From: Bacteroidota bacterium
GTDB lineage: Bacteria; Bacteroidota; Ignavibacteria; UBA10030; SZUA-254
DNA: 64,000 nt
Reading direction: 5' to 3'
Assembly (NCBI GenBank): GCA_049515655.1
Contig: JBEKTW010000001.1
Span: forward strand, 419 to 64,418
Part shown: piece after piece, positions 46,535 to 55,999 of the stretch
Numbering within the stretch: the first letter of the stretch is position 1
Layout: the number at the start of each line of letters is the position of its first letter
Notes under the pieces: generated by a model
Seen by the model: the letters and a program-made list of their open reading frames with translations, nothing else
Database searches by the model: none
What the model was told of the DNA's origin: nothing
Position numbers and translations under genes: made by a program

Positions 46535-46944
46535 TTACGCGGGCTGCAGTACAACCGCACAATGACCGCATCGCTTTGCACCGACGGGAATGGTCATCCG
46601 GCATTCCGGACATTCCGTTGTCGTCGGCTGTGCTTCTTCCTTCCTCTGTAATCTATTCATTGCGCGGATGAGCAGGAAGATGGCAAACGCAACAATGATG
46701 AAATCGATAGTGGTGTTGATGAAAACGCCGTATCTGATCACAACAGCCGGTGCCGCGCCCGAGGTTTCCTTGAGGGTGAAGGCGAAGCCGCTGAAATCGA
46801 CTCCCCCGAGTAGAAGGCCGATGGGCGGCATGAGTACATCGTTGACGATCGAGGCGACAATCTTCCCAAAGGCGGCACCGATAATGATACCGATTGCCAT
46901 ATCGACGACGTTTCCGCGCATCGCGAATGCTTTGAATTCCTTGA
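46535..46944 (-). CDS. mscL: large-conductance mechanosensitive channel with C-terminal CxxC...CxxC zinc-ribbon
   Basis: Start at [33 protein letters not shown] (aaggaga RBS), which is the canonical MscL TM1. It ends ...[27 protein letters not shown]. Confidence 0.8.
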
Positions 46945-47395
46945 ACATTGACATGCTGACTCTCCTTTCCTGGCTTTGAACGTTGTTTTGATTGCAACGG
47001 AGGAAATGCTTGCGAAGACCTTCGAACAATCCACACATACTCATCCGATTTATTCTTCGGCATTCCGGTAAACCGGCGAAAATATACTGGTTCATGGGAC
47101 GAAATCCAAACACTTTGGTTTATCACTGTCATTATTCTGTGCCGTGCCAAACCCCACCTCATTGGATGTTGTGCCGTCCATTCTCGTTCCCAAATTCCAT
47201 TGAGGAGTGTCGGTTGCAGTGAGTAGTTCCTCGTTCGCCCCGAACTCATCCCCTGCCCCCTTCTCTACAAGTGGAGAAGGGGAAGCGCTTCCGCGGCCAA
47301 CGTCCCTCTCTAATTTTAGAGAGGGACCACAGGGTGAGTTCGAAGGTGGTTCGTTCCCAAGCAGGACACACTGTGTGAGGAGCTTGGGAACGAGC

Positions 47396-47450
47396 AGGGA
47401 AGGGGAGAATTAAAGAGGGGGTCAGGCAAAGATGACACAATTTCGAACTT
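47396..47450 (+). repeat. intergenic repeat family 2, copy 1
   Basis: gaaggggagaattaaagagggggtcaggcaaagatgacacaatttcgaactt, preceded by GC-rich hairpins (CCCCTTCTCtacaagtgGAGAAGGGG; TTCCCAAGC...GCTTGGGAA). Confidence 0.5.
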
Positions 47451-47585
47451 AGGCACTACCACACTTTTCAGTGACTTGCTTTCTGCACTCTGAACCATTA
47501 TATTTCGAATGCGGGCGAACTTGACGCCCGGGAATCCGACAACCCTCTCATCCTTCGGGCGTGAGCGGGAGAGTTCTTTGAAACG

Positions 47586-47692
47586 ATGTTGTACGGGGTG
47601 CTCCGATCCTGTCATCGACGGGAATCGGGGCTGAGAGTATACCCTTGAACCTGATCTGGATAATACCAGCGTAGGAAATACGAATGATATTT
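47586..47692 (+). ncRNA. TPP (thiamine pyrophosphate) riboswitch
   Basis: gtacGGGGTGCtccgatcctgtcatcgacgggaatcGGGGCTGAGAGtatACCCTTGAACCTGATCTGGATAATACCAGCGTAGGAAata carries the THI-box core (CUGAGA...ACCUGAUCUGGAUAAUGCCAGCGUAGGGA, with one or two substitutions). Confidence 0.85.
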
Positions 47693-47696
47693 TTTT

Positions 47697-47756
47697 GGCG
47701 CCGTTTTTCCGATGCCTTCAATGCTGGAGGATCCGGGAAAACGGCGTTTTTTTTTA
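47697..47756 (+). terminator. riboswitch expression-platform intrinsic terminator
   Basis: GCCGTTTTTCCGatgccttcaatgctggaggatCCGGGAAAACGGCG followed by TTTTTTTTT, about 20 bp before the receptor gene ATG. Confidence 0.65.
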
Positions 47757-47777
47757 TCACATTTGATGAGATGAACC

Positions 47778-50081
47778 ATGAAATTGCGACCACGATTCCT
47801 TGGTGTCCTTGCAGCAATTCTTGTGAATTCTGTTTCAGGACAACAGGTCTCCAGAAACGACAAGGACACGTTGTATTACCTTTCTCCCGTCATCATCACG
47901 GCAACGCAGGCGAAAGAGCGCGAGACTCCGGCGACATTTTCCTCGTTCGACCGTCAACAGATCGTCGAGCGAACTACGGTGCAGGATGTACCTGCCGTGC
48001 TGTCCGAGCTTCCCTCGATCATCACCTATTCGGAGAACGGGAATGACATCGGGTACACGCATCTGAACATGCGTGGCTTTGACGAACGCCGCGTCGCGGT
48101 TATGGTCAACGGTGTTCCGCAAAACGACCCGGAAGACCACATCGTCTACTGGATCGATATGCCGGATTTGCTCGCATACACCCAGAATGTTCAGGTGATG
48201 CGCGGCGCGGGCAGCGATTTCTACGGCCCGCCGGCCATCGGCGGATCGATCAACTTCACAACGATGCCCCTCTCTTTGAAACCGGGTGTGGTGCTGAGCT
48301 CCGACGCCGGATTTCAGGAATACGGTGATGAGAAGAGAACGATCCTGAATACGCACAAGTATGGGCTTGCCTTGAATTCCGGCCTCGTCGACGGCAAGTA
48401 CATGCTTTTCGGCAACTTCTCCGCGGCCAGCAGCTCCGGTTATCGCCAGCATTCATGGACCGACGTGAACAGCTACTACATCGGCGCGGAGCGGCTCGAC
48501 GAATCGATGACGACGCGGATTGACATCTACGGTGGACCCTTACATGACGGCCTCGCGTATAATGGCATCCCGCGATTCTATAATAACGACTTTGCCCTGC
48601 GCCGCATTAACTACAATTACTTTGGATTGAATGCGGCGGGCGATTCCGTCCAGTACCCAACGCTCCGGAGACCGGAAGAGAATGAGAGTTTTTCCCAGCC
48701 GCACTATGAATTGCTCAATGAATGGAGAATCTCACCCGCGGTCAAGTTGTACAACACGTTTTTTTATATCGAAGGAAACGGGTACTTCGACTATGATGGA
48801 AGCTGGATCCCGTATCCCGACCCTCAAACGGGCAAACCGACACCCGCCATGCTGTACTTCATGCGCTACGTCGGCTATGATTCCACGTTCGGCTCCACGA
48901 CAGTTCCGGATTTTTTGATCCGCGCCTTTGTGGGCAATAAGCAATGGGGTTGGCTGCCGCGCTTCGACATCGACCACGGGTCGGGGACGTTAACGGTCGG
49001 CGGCGAGCTGCGCATCCATCGCTCCCTCCACTGGGGGAGTATTCCTTATGCCTCTGTCTATCCTCAGAACTATGAACCGGATTTTCATTTTTATCAGTTC
49101 AATGGAGAGAAGGATATGGCTTCACTCTACGGGCACGAGATTCTTCATGCGAGCGACCGGATGACGTTGATGGTGGACGTGCAGTTCGTCTACGACAGAT
49201 ATGGACTGGATAACGAAAAGTTTCTCGGAACATCGTTCAGCGTGCCGTATTTCTTCGTCAATCCACACGTCGGGTTGAATCAGAACTTCACCGACCAGCT
49301 CAACGGTTATGTCTCCGTGAGTCTGACATCACGGGAGCCGAGTTTGCCGAATCTCTACCAGGGCGAAGAAGCGTACTACGGCGCGACGCCGAGCTTTGAC
49401 ACGATGACCGCTGGGGGGAAATCGGTTCTCGATTTCAGCAAGCCGCTCGCAAGATCCGAACGCTTGCTAGACGTTGAAATGGGAAGCCATCTGACGTCAT
49501 CGGCGGGCAAGTTTTCAGCGAACCTATACTGGATGGAATTCAACGATGAATTGATCGACAACGGGCAGCTCGACGTGTTCGGCGTTCCGGTGACGGGCAA
49601 CGCCGACCGAACGCGGCATATCGGGCTCGAGCTGACGGCCCAGACGGCGGTCAGCAAAATGTTCGACCTGGGCGGAACGATGACGGTTTCACGCAACCGG
49701 CTGATCCGGTACACGGCGTATGACGATTCTTCACGCCCGGTTTCGCTCGACGGCAATCGCATCTCCGGTTTTCCCGAGTTCCTCGCGAACGCGCGCTTCG
49801 GTTATCATGAGGGACCGTTTACCGCGAGTCTCCACGGCAGGTACGTGGGCCCGTTTTACACAGACAACACATCCAACGAGCAACGCAAGGTCGATGCGTA
49901 CACGGTGTTCGACCTGGACGCATCGTACGGGCCGTATATTTTGACCCCGGGAGTCTCGGTCGCGATTCACGGGAAAGTGATCAATCTCTTCAACAGACTC
50001 TATCTCGCTGGCGGTCAGGGAATAGAATTCTTTCCGGCGGCAGAGCGGAGTTACCTCGTCGGACTTACGGTGGGATTGTGA
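47778..50081 (+). CDS. TonB-dependent outer-membrane receptor (putative thiamine/precursor importer)
   Basis: 767 aa with signal peptide, plug domain (TonB box-like DTLYYLSPVIITAT; ...NGVPQND...) and a beta-barrel. It lies directly downstream of the TPP riboswitch. Confidence 0.85.
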   Translation: MKLRPRFLGVLAAILVNSVSGQQVSRNDKDTLYYLSPVIITATQAKERETPATFSSFDRQQIVERTTVQDVPAVLSELPSIITYSENGNDIGYTHLNMRGFDERRVAVMVNGVPQNDPEDHIVYWIDMPDLLAYTQNVQVMRGAGSDFYGPPAIGGSINFTTMPLSLKPGVVLSSDAGFQEYGDEKRTILNTHKYGLALNSGLVDGKYMLFGNFSAASSSGYRQHSWTDVNSYYIGAERLDESMTTRIDIYGGPLHDGLAYNGIPRFYNNDFALRRINYNYFGLNAAGDSVQYPTLRRPEENESFSQPHYELLNEWRISPAVKLYNTFFYIEGNGYFDYDGSWIPYPDPQTGKPTPAMLYFMRYVGYDSTFGSTTVPDFLIRAFVGNKQWGWLPRFDIDHGSGTLTVGGELRIHRSLHWGSIPYASVYPQNYEPDFHFYQFNGEKDMASLYGHEILHASDRMTLMVDVQFVYDRYGLDNEKFLGTSFSVPYFFVNPHVGLNQNFTDQLNGYVSVSLTSREPSLPNLYQGEEAYYGATPSFDTMTAGGKSVLDFSKPLARSERLLDVEMGSHLTSSAGKFSANLYWMEFNDELIDNGQLDVFGVPVTGNADRTRHIGLELTAQTAVSKMFDLGGTMTVSRNRLIRYTAYDDSSRPVSLDGNRISGFPEFLANARFGYHEGPFTASLHGRYVGPFYTDNTSNEQRKVDAYTVFDLDASYGPYILTPGVSVAIHGKVINLFNRLYLAGGQGIEFFPAAERSYLVGLTVGL

Positions 50082-50082
50082 A

Positions 50083-50721
50083 ATGAAAGCTCTTATTATT
50101 GCCAACGGAACACCTCCGTCGCGATTTCTTGTTCGCCGGCTGGCGTCGGCGGCAGATATCGTCGTCTGCGCGGACGGGGGTGCGAACCATGCGCGCCCGA
50201 TGCGCATCACGCCGGACATCATCGTTGGTGACATGGATTCGATAACGCCATCCACAAAAAGGCAATTTCACCGGGTTCCAACGATGCTCGTCGATGACCA
50301 GGACAGCACCGACCTGGAAAAAACAATTCAATTGTGCATTGACATGATGTGCACATCGGTTGACATCGTCGGGGCGACAGGGGACCGGCTCGACCACACG
50401 ACGGGCACCCTGGGCTGCTTTAAGAAATTCGGGAAAAAGGTCCGACTGCAACTGTTCGATACCGTGGGAGTGGTTTCCATGATAGAAAAAAAAATCGCAT
50501 TCGCGTCGACGGTCGGTGAGATAGTCTCCCTGATTCCACTGGAACGGTGTGAGGGAGTGACGACACACAATCTCAAGTATGCCCTGCAGAACGAGAGTCT
50601 TGAGCTCGGAGTCCGTGAAGGAATCAGCAATGAAACAACGGGGCGAAGAGTGACCATTTCGGTAAAGCGAGGAACTCTGCTCCTGTACCGCTTCCGTCGT
50701 GTGCGGAATAAAACGAAATGA
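50083..50721 (+). CDS. thiamine pyrophosphokinase
   Basis: 212 aa. ALIIANGTP...VVCADGGANH...IVGDMDS and C-terminal thiamin-binding half typical of TPK. Confidence 0.75.
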   Translation: MKALIIANGTPPSRFLVRRLASAADIVVCADGGANHARPMRITPDIIVGDMDSITPSTKRQFHRVPTMLVDDQDSTDLEKTIQLCIDMMCTSVDIVGATGDRLDHTTGTLGCFKKFGKKVRLQLFDTVGVVSMIEKKIAFASTVGEIVSLIPLERCEGVTTHNLKYALQNESLELGVREGISNETTGRRVTISVKRGTLLLYRFRRVRNKTK

Positions 50722-50797
50722 CATTTCCTCAGCCCTCATTTCTCTAACCTCTAACCTCGAACCCCGAACCTCTAACCCCAAACCTCCAATCCTCCAC

Positions 50798-52288
50798 ATG
50801 ATTCACCTCTCCGCTCCCGACTTTGTCGTGATCTTCCTTTACTTCGGCGGCGTACTGTTCGTCGGTTACCGCTCGGCGAGGAAAACACGGTCGACGGAGG
50901 AAGACTTCTTGCTTGCGGGCAGGACGCTGACACTTCCGATTTTCATCATGACGCTCGTTTCAACCTGGTACGGAGGTATTCTCGGCGTTGGAGAGTTTTC
51001 GTACCGATGGGGTATAGCGAACTGGACGACACAGGGAGTACCGTATTACTTCTTCGCCGCGGTGTTCGCCATGTTTCTTGCCAAAAGAATTCGGGCGACA
51101 AACTTCTACACCATTCCCGATAAGCTGGAATCATCGTACGACAAGAAGACGGCGGTGCTCGGTTCGATTCTCACATTTATCCTGATGACGCCCGCGCCGT
51201 ACATTTTGATGCTGAGCGTGCTGCTGCAAATGCTATTCGGGTGGAGCTTGCTCGTCAGCCTCATCGTCACCGCAATCGTCGCGGTTTCGTATTTGTTCTG
51301 GGGCGGATTCCGCTCGGACGTCCAGACGAACGTGCTCGAGTTTTTTCTGATGTTTGTTGGATTTGCGGTCATTCTCCCGTTTTGCCATGTCCGCTACGGG
51401 GGAATTGAATTTCTGAAGACTCACCTGCCGCCGCTGCATCTTACGTGGAACGGAGGGAATTCGATACAGTTCATCCTTGTCTGGTTCTTCATAGCTCTCT
51501 GGACCCTTGTCGACCCGGCCTTCCACCAGCGCTGCTACGCGGCAAAAGATGGAAAGGTCGCCCAGAGAGGAATTCTTCTGTCAATCATCTTCTGGTTCTT
51601 GTTCGATGCGATGACGGCGACGGCGGGTCTGTACGCTCGCGCGGCAATCGCGCACCTCGACCAGCCAATGATGGCCTATCCCATGCTCGCTGAACTTGTG
51701 CTTCCTCCGATCGCGAAGGGGTTATTCTTCGTCGGATTGATGGCAACCATCATGGCGTCGCTCGACACGCTGGCGTTTGTGTCGGCTCAAACATTGGGCA
51801 GAGATCTTTACGGAAGATTACGGGGTTTCAATCTCAATTCTCAATCCCCAATTCTCAATCCCCAATCGTCAATCCCCAATCCGCAATCGTCAATCCCCAA
51901 TCCCAAATCCCAAATCCCCAATCCCAAATCATCGGGAACCACCCCCTACACCCGGGTCGGTCTGGTGGTCACGTTCGTCTTCTCCGTCGTTCTTTCGGTC
52001 TTCATGCCGAGCGTCATTCAGATGTGGTACACGATCGGGACGGTAATCATTCCGGGCTTGCTCGTTCCTCTAATGGCCGGTTACTTCGAACAGTTAACTA
52101 TTCCGTCGCGCTACGCTTTTCTCGCCATGTTGTGTGGCTGGCTCACGTCGCTTGGATGGCTGATTGCGGGTTCGGTCAACGGAAACTCCGGACTTTATCC
52201 TCTCGGGATCGAGCCGATGTATCCCGGGCTGGTTGTGAGTTTGGTGTGGTGGGGAATCGGCAGGACTCAAGTACGGAAAATCGCATGA
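50798..52288 (+). CDS. sodium:solute symporter (SSS) family transporter with an in-frame simple-repeat insertion
   Basis: Start at MIHLSAPDFVVIFLYFGGVLFVGYRSARK. SSS family motifs (GRTLTLPIFIMTLVSTWYGG...) across 13 or so TM helices. The cytoplasmic loop carries ...NLNSQSPILNPQSSIPNPQSSIPNPKSQIPNPKSS, encoded by the AATCCCC-type repeats. Confidence 0.7.
   Translation: MIHLSAPDFVVIFLYFGGVLFVGYRSARKTRSTEEDFLLAGRTLTLPIFIMTLVSTWYGGILGVGEFSYRWGIANWTTQGVPYYFFAAVFAMFLAKRIRATNFYTIPDKLESSYDKKTAVLGSILTFILMTPAPYILMLSVLLQMLFGWSLLVSLIVTAIVAVSYLFWGGFRSDVQTNVLEFFLMFVGFAVILPFCHVRYGGIEFLKTHLPPLHLTWNGGNSIQFILVWFFIALWTLVDPAFHQRCYAAKDGKVAQRGILLSIIFWFLFDAMTATAGLYARAAIAHLDQPMMAYPMLAELVLPPIAKGLFFVGLMATIMASLDTLAFVSAQTLGRDLYGRLRGFNLNSQSPILNPQSSIPNPQSSIPNPKSQIPNPKSSGTTPYTRVGLVVTFVFSVVLSVFMPSVIQMWYTIGTVIIPGLLVPLMAGYFEQLTIPSRYAFLAMLCGWLTSLGWLIAGSVNGNSGLYPLGIEPMYPGLVVSLVWWGIGRTQVRKIA
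51828..51931 (+). repeat. imperfect heptamer/octamer microsatellite (caatcccca-like) inside the transporter CDS
   Basis: ttcaatctcaattctcaatccccaattctcaatccccaatcgtcaatccccaatccgcaatcgtcaatccccaatcccaaatcccaaatccccaatcccaaatca. A related simple repeat (ctctaacct/cgaacc) occupies the intergenic 50722-50797. Confidence 0.75.
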
Positions 52289-52331
52289 AAGCCGGCGCGC
52301 GAAGCCGGAGGTCCATCCGTCCGACGTGCAG

Positions 52332-52802
52332 TCAGGAGGTCATTGGATCTGGAGGGACCAGGACGAATATAGGTGCTAGCCGGATGTCGTCATTTGTGAC
52401 GACGAGCGCATACCGGTCTGTTGACCCAAGGATATCCACATCCACATTGTAAGCGCCGGACGCAAGTTCAATCGGTGTGGAAGCGACGGCGGGTCCCAGT
52501 GCCGTGAGGCATATCTCTCCGATTGTCACGCCGAGTATCGCCAGATGAATGGAATCCTGAGACTTGGCAAGTTCGTACAAGAAAGTGTAATTCATACAGG
52601 AATAGATTCTTACCGAGGTCATCGTGAGCATGATGGCCGGATCGCCGACTGCGGACATTGACGGATACCCTTCTGAAAATCCGACAATTATCTTGTCGTT
52701 GATATTTTCAAAATGCGACGGGCCGTTTTCGAAAACATTGCATTGCATGCTCGTCGAAGCGAAAACGATCGATGCCACAACCAAACAATGTTTTGGGCGC
52801 AT
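52332..52802 (-). CDS. hypothetical secreted protein
   Basis: Start at MRPKHCLVVASIVFASTSMQ (a signal-like segment, with a ggaaagga RBS). No recognisable domain. Confidence 0.4.
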   Translation of the reverse strand: MRPKHCLVVASIVFASTSMQCNVFENGPSHFENINDKIIVGFSEGYPSMSAVGDPAIMLTMTSVRIYSCMNYTFLYELAKSQDSIHLAILGVTIGEICLTALGPAVASTPIELASGAYNVDVDILGSTDRYALVVTNDDIRLAPIFVLVPPDPMTS

Positions 52803-52882
52803 GATTGTCCTTTCCGATGCCGGAGACCAAGGCACTGTCAGCGGGACAAGCACGGGTTCTCGGCATCTTTCCAAAGATGCTC

Positions 52883-53695
52883 TTACATATACAGCGCGCT
52901 CCCGAAATCCCTGCGATGCTTCCGCGTGATTTCGTGTTCTTCGCCCAGGAACTTGAAGAGGGCGATGCACGCTTTTCGGGAGCCGTCATCGTCGTAATAG
53001 CGGTCGGTGCGAATAATGTCGATGAATTTTTCAAGCGCGGCATCGAATTGCCGCGAGCGAACGTCAGCGACCGCTTCGGCATACTTCTGGCGGGAAATGC
53101 TTTCGGGGAAGTCTCCCAATGGAACCGCGATTTCCACCAATCGTGATAATGTCCGGATCGCGTCGGCGAGCTCACTGAACTTCGGATCCTCGACATCTCT
53201 TACGAAATCCGCCGCCGTTTTCGGATCATCAAAAAGGCACAACTGGGCAAGGAGGACCTTCACTTCCTGGTTCTCGGGTTCGGCGGCAAAAATATTCTCC
53301 AACAGTTTCCGTGCATCGGGTTCCCGTTCTTCGGCGATCAATGTCCTGGCCAGGTCAATCCGGCCCTGGAGTTTGCTCGGAAGATGTTTGCGAAGCCACT
53401 GGGTGATGACGTGCTCCGGTTGGGCGCCAACGAACTCTCCAGCGATTTTTCCTTCAACAAACAGCTTCACATCGGGGATGCTTTGAACGGCGTATTTCGA
53501 CGCGACGTCGGGAAGCCGTTCCGTATTCACTTTTGCCAGCACCCATTTCTCTATATTCTGCCGTGCGAGTTGCTCCAGGACGGGGCTGAGCATCCGGCAC
53601 GGCGCGCACCACTCCGCCCAGAAGTCCACGAGCACCGGAATGTCGAAGCTACGTTCGAGAACTTCCTTCTGGAAATCGGAGACATCGTATGGCAT
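52883..53695 (-). CDS. thioredoxin-domain protein with C-terminal TPR-like domain (YbbN/CnoX-like)
   Basis: WCAPC active site in FWAEWCAPCRMLSP, followed by an approximately 170-aa helical TPR-like extension. Confidence 0.8.
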   Translation of the reverse strand: MPYDVSDFQKEVLERSFDIPVLVDFWAEWCAPCRMLSPVLEQLARQNIEKWVLAKVNTERLPDVASKYAVQSIPDVKLFVEGKIAGEFVGAQPEHVITQWLRKHLPSKLQGRIDLARTLIAEEREPDARKLLENIFAAEPENQEVKVLLAQLCLFDDPKTAADFVRDVEDPKFSELADAIRTLSRLVEIAVPLGDFPESISRQKYAEAVADVRSRQFDAALEKFIDIIRTDRYYDDDGSRKACIALFKFLGEEHEITRKHRRDFGSALYM

Positions 53696-53702
53696 GTCTT
53701 TC

Positions 53703-54172
53703 TTACTCGTGGAGATGCTGATGAGGAGGTTTGTTTGCTGAGTCGTTCCAGAGCCAGAAGAGCGGCACGATCATTGAAAATCCGATGATCGTGATGAGAA
53801 CGGAGGCAACCAGAAAGGGAGCGGCAGCATAGTACTCCGGCCCGATGAGTGCGATGAGAATGATGGGGAGCAGGAGAACGGCCAGGGCGTTCGTCATCGC
53901 GATCACGCGCGCCCAGCGCTGGCCCGCCCTCACCCCGATGGCGCTGTACAGAGTGCTGACGCCGAACGGAATCAAGAGAACGCCGACAATAAGATGATTC
54001 AATAAAAAGGGAGCTGAAATGCCGGAGAGGACTTTGGGCGTAAGCTCCCGCGCAAGCCAGTCTTTCAGGGGAAATGTGGAAAGTAAATGAATGAACGAGA
54101 CAACGATCAGGAGAACTCCATCGACCAGAAGAATCCGTGACACGATGATCCGCTTATCGGCTGTGGAAATCA
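53703..54172 (-). CDS. hypothetical polytopic membrane protein
   Basis: Start at MISTADKRIIV. 4-5 hydrophobic helices. Confidence 0.45.
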
Positions 54173-54661
54173 TGTTTAAAGATACAGAGTTTTGGAAAAT
54201 AGTGCAACCGGACGGAGCCCCCGCCACGCGGCGAGGCAATGGCAGGGCGCCCCGGGCAGGCTCATGACATACCCATCAACAACTTTCAGACGGAATCCGC
54301 GTATATCTATGTGTGGACGATCTTGTATATTGTTAGGTGATTTCAGGCAAAACCATGTTCAAGGTTCCGAATCCGAAGCACCGAACCTTAATTTGTCATG
54401 TTGAGGGAAGCGAAACATCCCCCAGCGCCCGGGTTAGACCGTTCGCGGAGTTTGTCCTGGACGCTAGCGAAGGACTCATGATGACAATCTCCAAACGATT
54501 GCCGCGGTCAGATGCTGACCAAAAGCGCGTCAGCAAAACGGGTTTGTTTAGGATTTTAATATTGGAGTTTCGTGCTTGTTTAGGATTTCGGCATTAGGAT
54601 TTAAGATTTTTCATTAACAATCAAGTTCTCAGGGAACGCTAGTTATTAAAAGAGCATACTC

Positions 54662-55774
54662 ATGGAACAGAATACATCCGACAAAAATCGCGAACCCCGT
54701 TTCGGAAGAGTGATTCGTGAAGATCTGCGGCGGAAGGATTTTAGACGCACGGTTCGCCGGGACTACGAGGAACTTAAAGAATTCTTCATCGATGACGAGC
54801 GAAAGAAAAGGTTGAAGGAGATGCGGCCCCTGAAGCGGTGGCTCTTCACCGCCGGCTGGCTGCTCAAAGCTCTCTTGCTGAAACTCACTCCCACCCGGCG
54901 CCTGTTGCTGGTTGTGGCATTTATACTTGTGCTTTTTGCCAATGATCTTGAGTACAACGGCGAGAAGGTGAAGGTCCGGGTCGATATGGGAGTTGGAGCC
55001 GCAGCTATTGTTCTCTTTGTGCTTATGCTCGAGTTGAAAGACAAACTGCTCGCGCGGGACGAGCTCGCGGCCGGCAGGGCCGTGCAAATGGCGCTCCTTC
55101 CGGAAAGAACTCCGAAGGTGCAGGGTTGGTCCGTGTGGCTCTTTACGCGTACCGCGAATGAAGTGGGGGGCGATCTGGTCGACTTCCAAAAAGTCGCTGA
55201 GGACCGTTTCAGGGTGACGCTTGCCGATGTCGCAGGCAAAGGGTTGAGCGCGGCGTTGCTTACGGCGAAACTTCAGGCAACCGTCAGGGCGCTCGCTCCG
55301 GATATCGACTCCTTGAGCGAGGTCGGGACAAAGCTCAACAGGATTTTCTACCGCGACAGCCTTCGTAATGTCTTCGCGTCGGTGGTGTATCTCGAGGTGC
55401 GATCCGACTCGGGAAATCTGCGATTCGTCAACGCCGGGCACCTGCCGCCATTGCTCCTGAGAGGAACGGAAATCGAGGATATGCCCAAAGGGGATGCGGC
55501 CATCGGAATCCTTCCCGAGGCAGCCTGCACTGAAAATCGTATCGAGCTCCGGAAAGGCGACATGCTGCTTGTCTATTCGGATGGATTGTCGGATGCGAAG
55601 AATGTGGCGGGGGAGTTCTTCGGAACTCAGCGGCTGCTGAAACTTCTCCCCACCTTGAAGGACCTCGGCGCGCCCGAAGCCGGCGAGAGAATTGTTGCAG
55701 AAGTCAATCGTTTTGTAGGCGATGCCCGGGTGTACGACGACCTTTCGCTCATCGTTCTGAAGCGTCTGGCGTAA
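54662..55774 (+). CDS. PP2C-family (SpoIIE/RsbU-like) serine phosphatase with N-terminal membrane anchor
   Basis: TM segment (RRLLLVVAFILVLF...), then PP2C motifs ...VGGDLVDF...TLADVAGKGLSAALL...NAGHLPPLL...VYSDGLSDA.... Confidence 0.8.
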   Translation: MEQNTSDKNREPRFGRVIREDLRRKDFRRTVRRDYEELKEFFIDDERKKRLKEMRPLKRWLFTAGWLLKALLLKLTPTRRLLLVVAFILVLFANDLEYNGEKVKVRVDMGVGAAAIVLFVLMLELKDKLLARDELAAGRAVQMALLPERTPKVQGWSVWLFTRTANEVGGDLVDFQKVAEDRFRVTLADVAGKGLSAALLTAKLQATVRALAPDIDSLSEVGTKLNRIFYRDSLRNVFASVVYLEVRSDSGNLRFVNAGHLPPLLLRGTEIEDMPKGDAAIGILPEAACTENRIELRKGDMLLVYSDGLSDAKNVAGEFFGTQRLLKLLPTLKDLGAPEAGERIVAEVNRFVGDARVYDDLSLIVLKRLA

Positions 55775-55999
55775 CCTCGCCCTCCGGGGCAGGTTTTGTC
55801 ATTTGTTCAGGTCTTTCGTGGAGGCGACAAGCGACTCCCGCGCAATTGCCGCTACTCGTTGGAAATATTGCGGCTGCACTTTTGCCTTCCCTGCGTCTCC
55901 CCTGCGGCGAAGCGCCGGGAAGGGAGGACCCCTCGCAAAACGGACAGGTACTCTCCGGATCTGCATTCTCTCATTTCCTCCATTTCTCGCCTGGAATAA

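Noticed and set aside
55775-55999. Terminator after the PP2C gene (cgCCCtccgGGGcaggttttg)
   Set aside because: The stem is only 4 bp and the T-tract is interrupted. Too weak to call.
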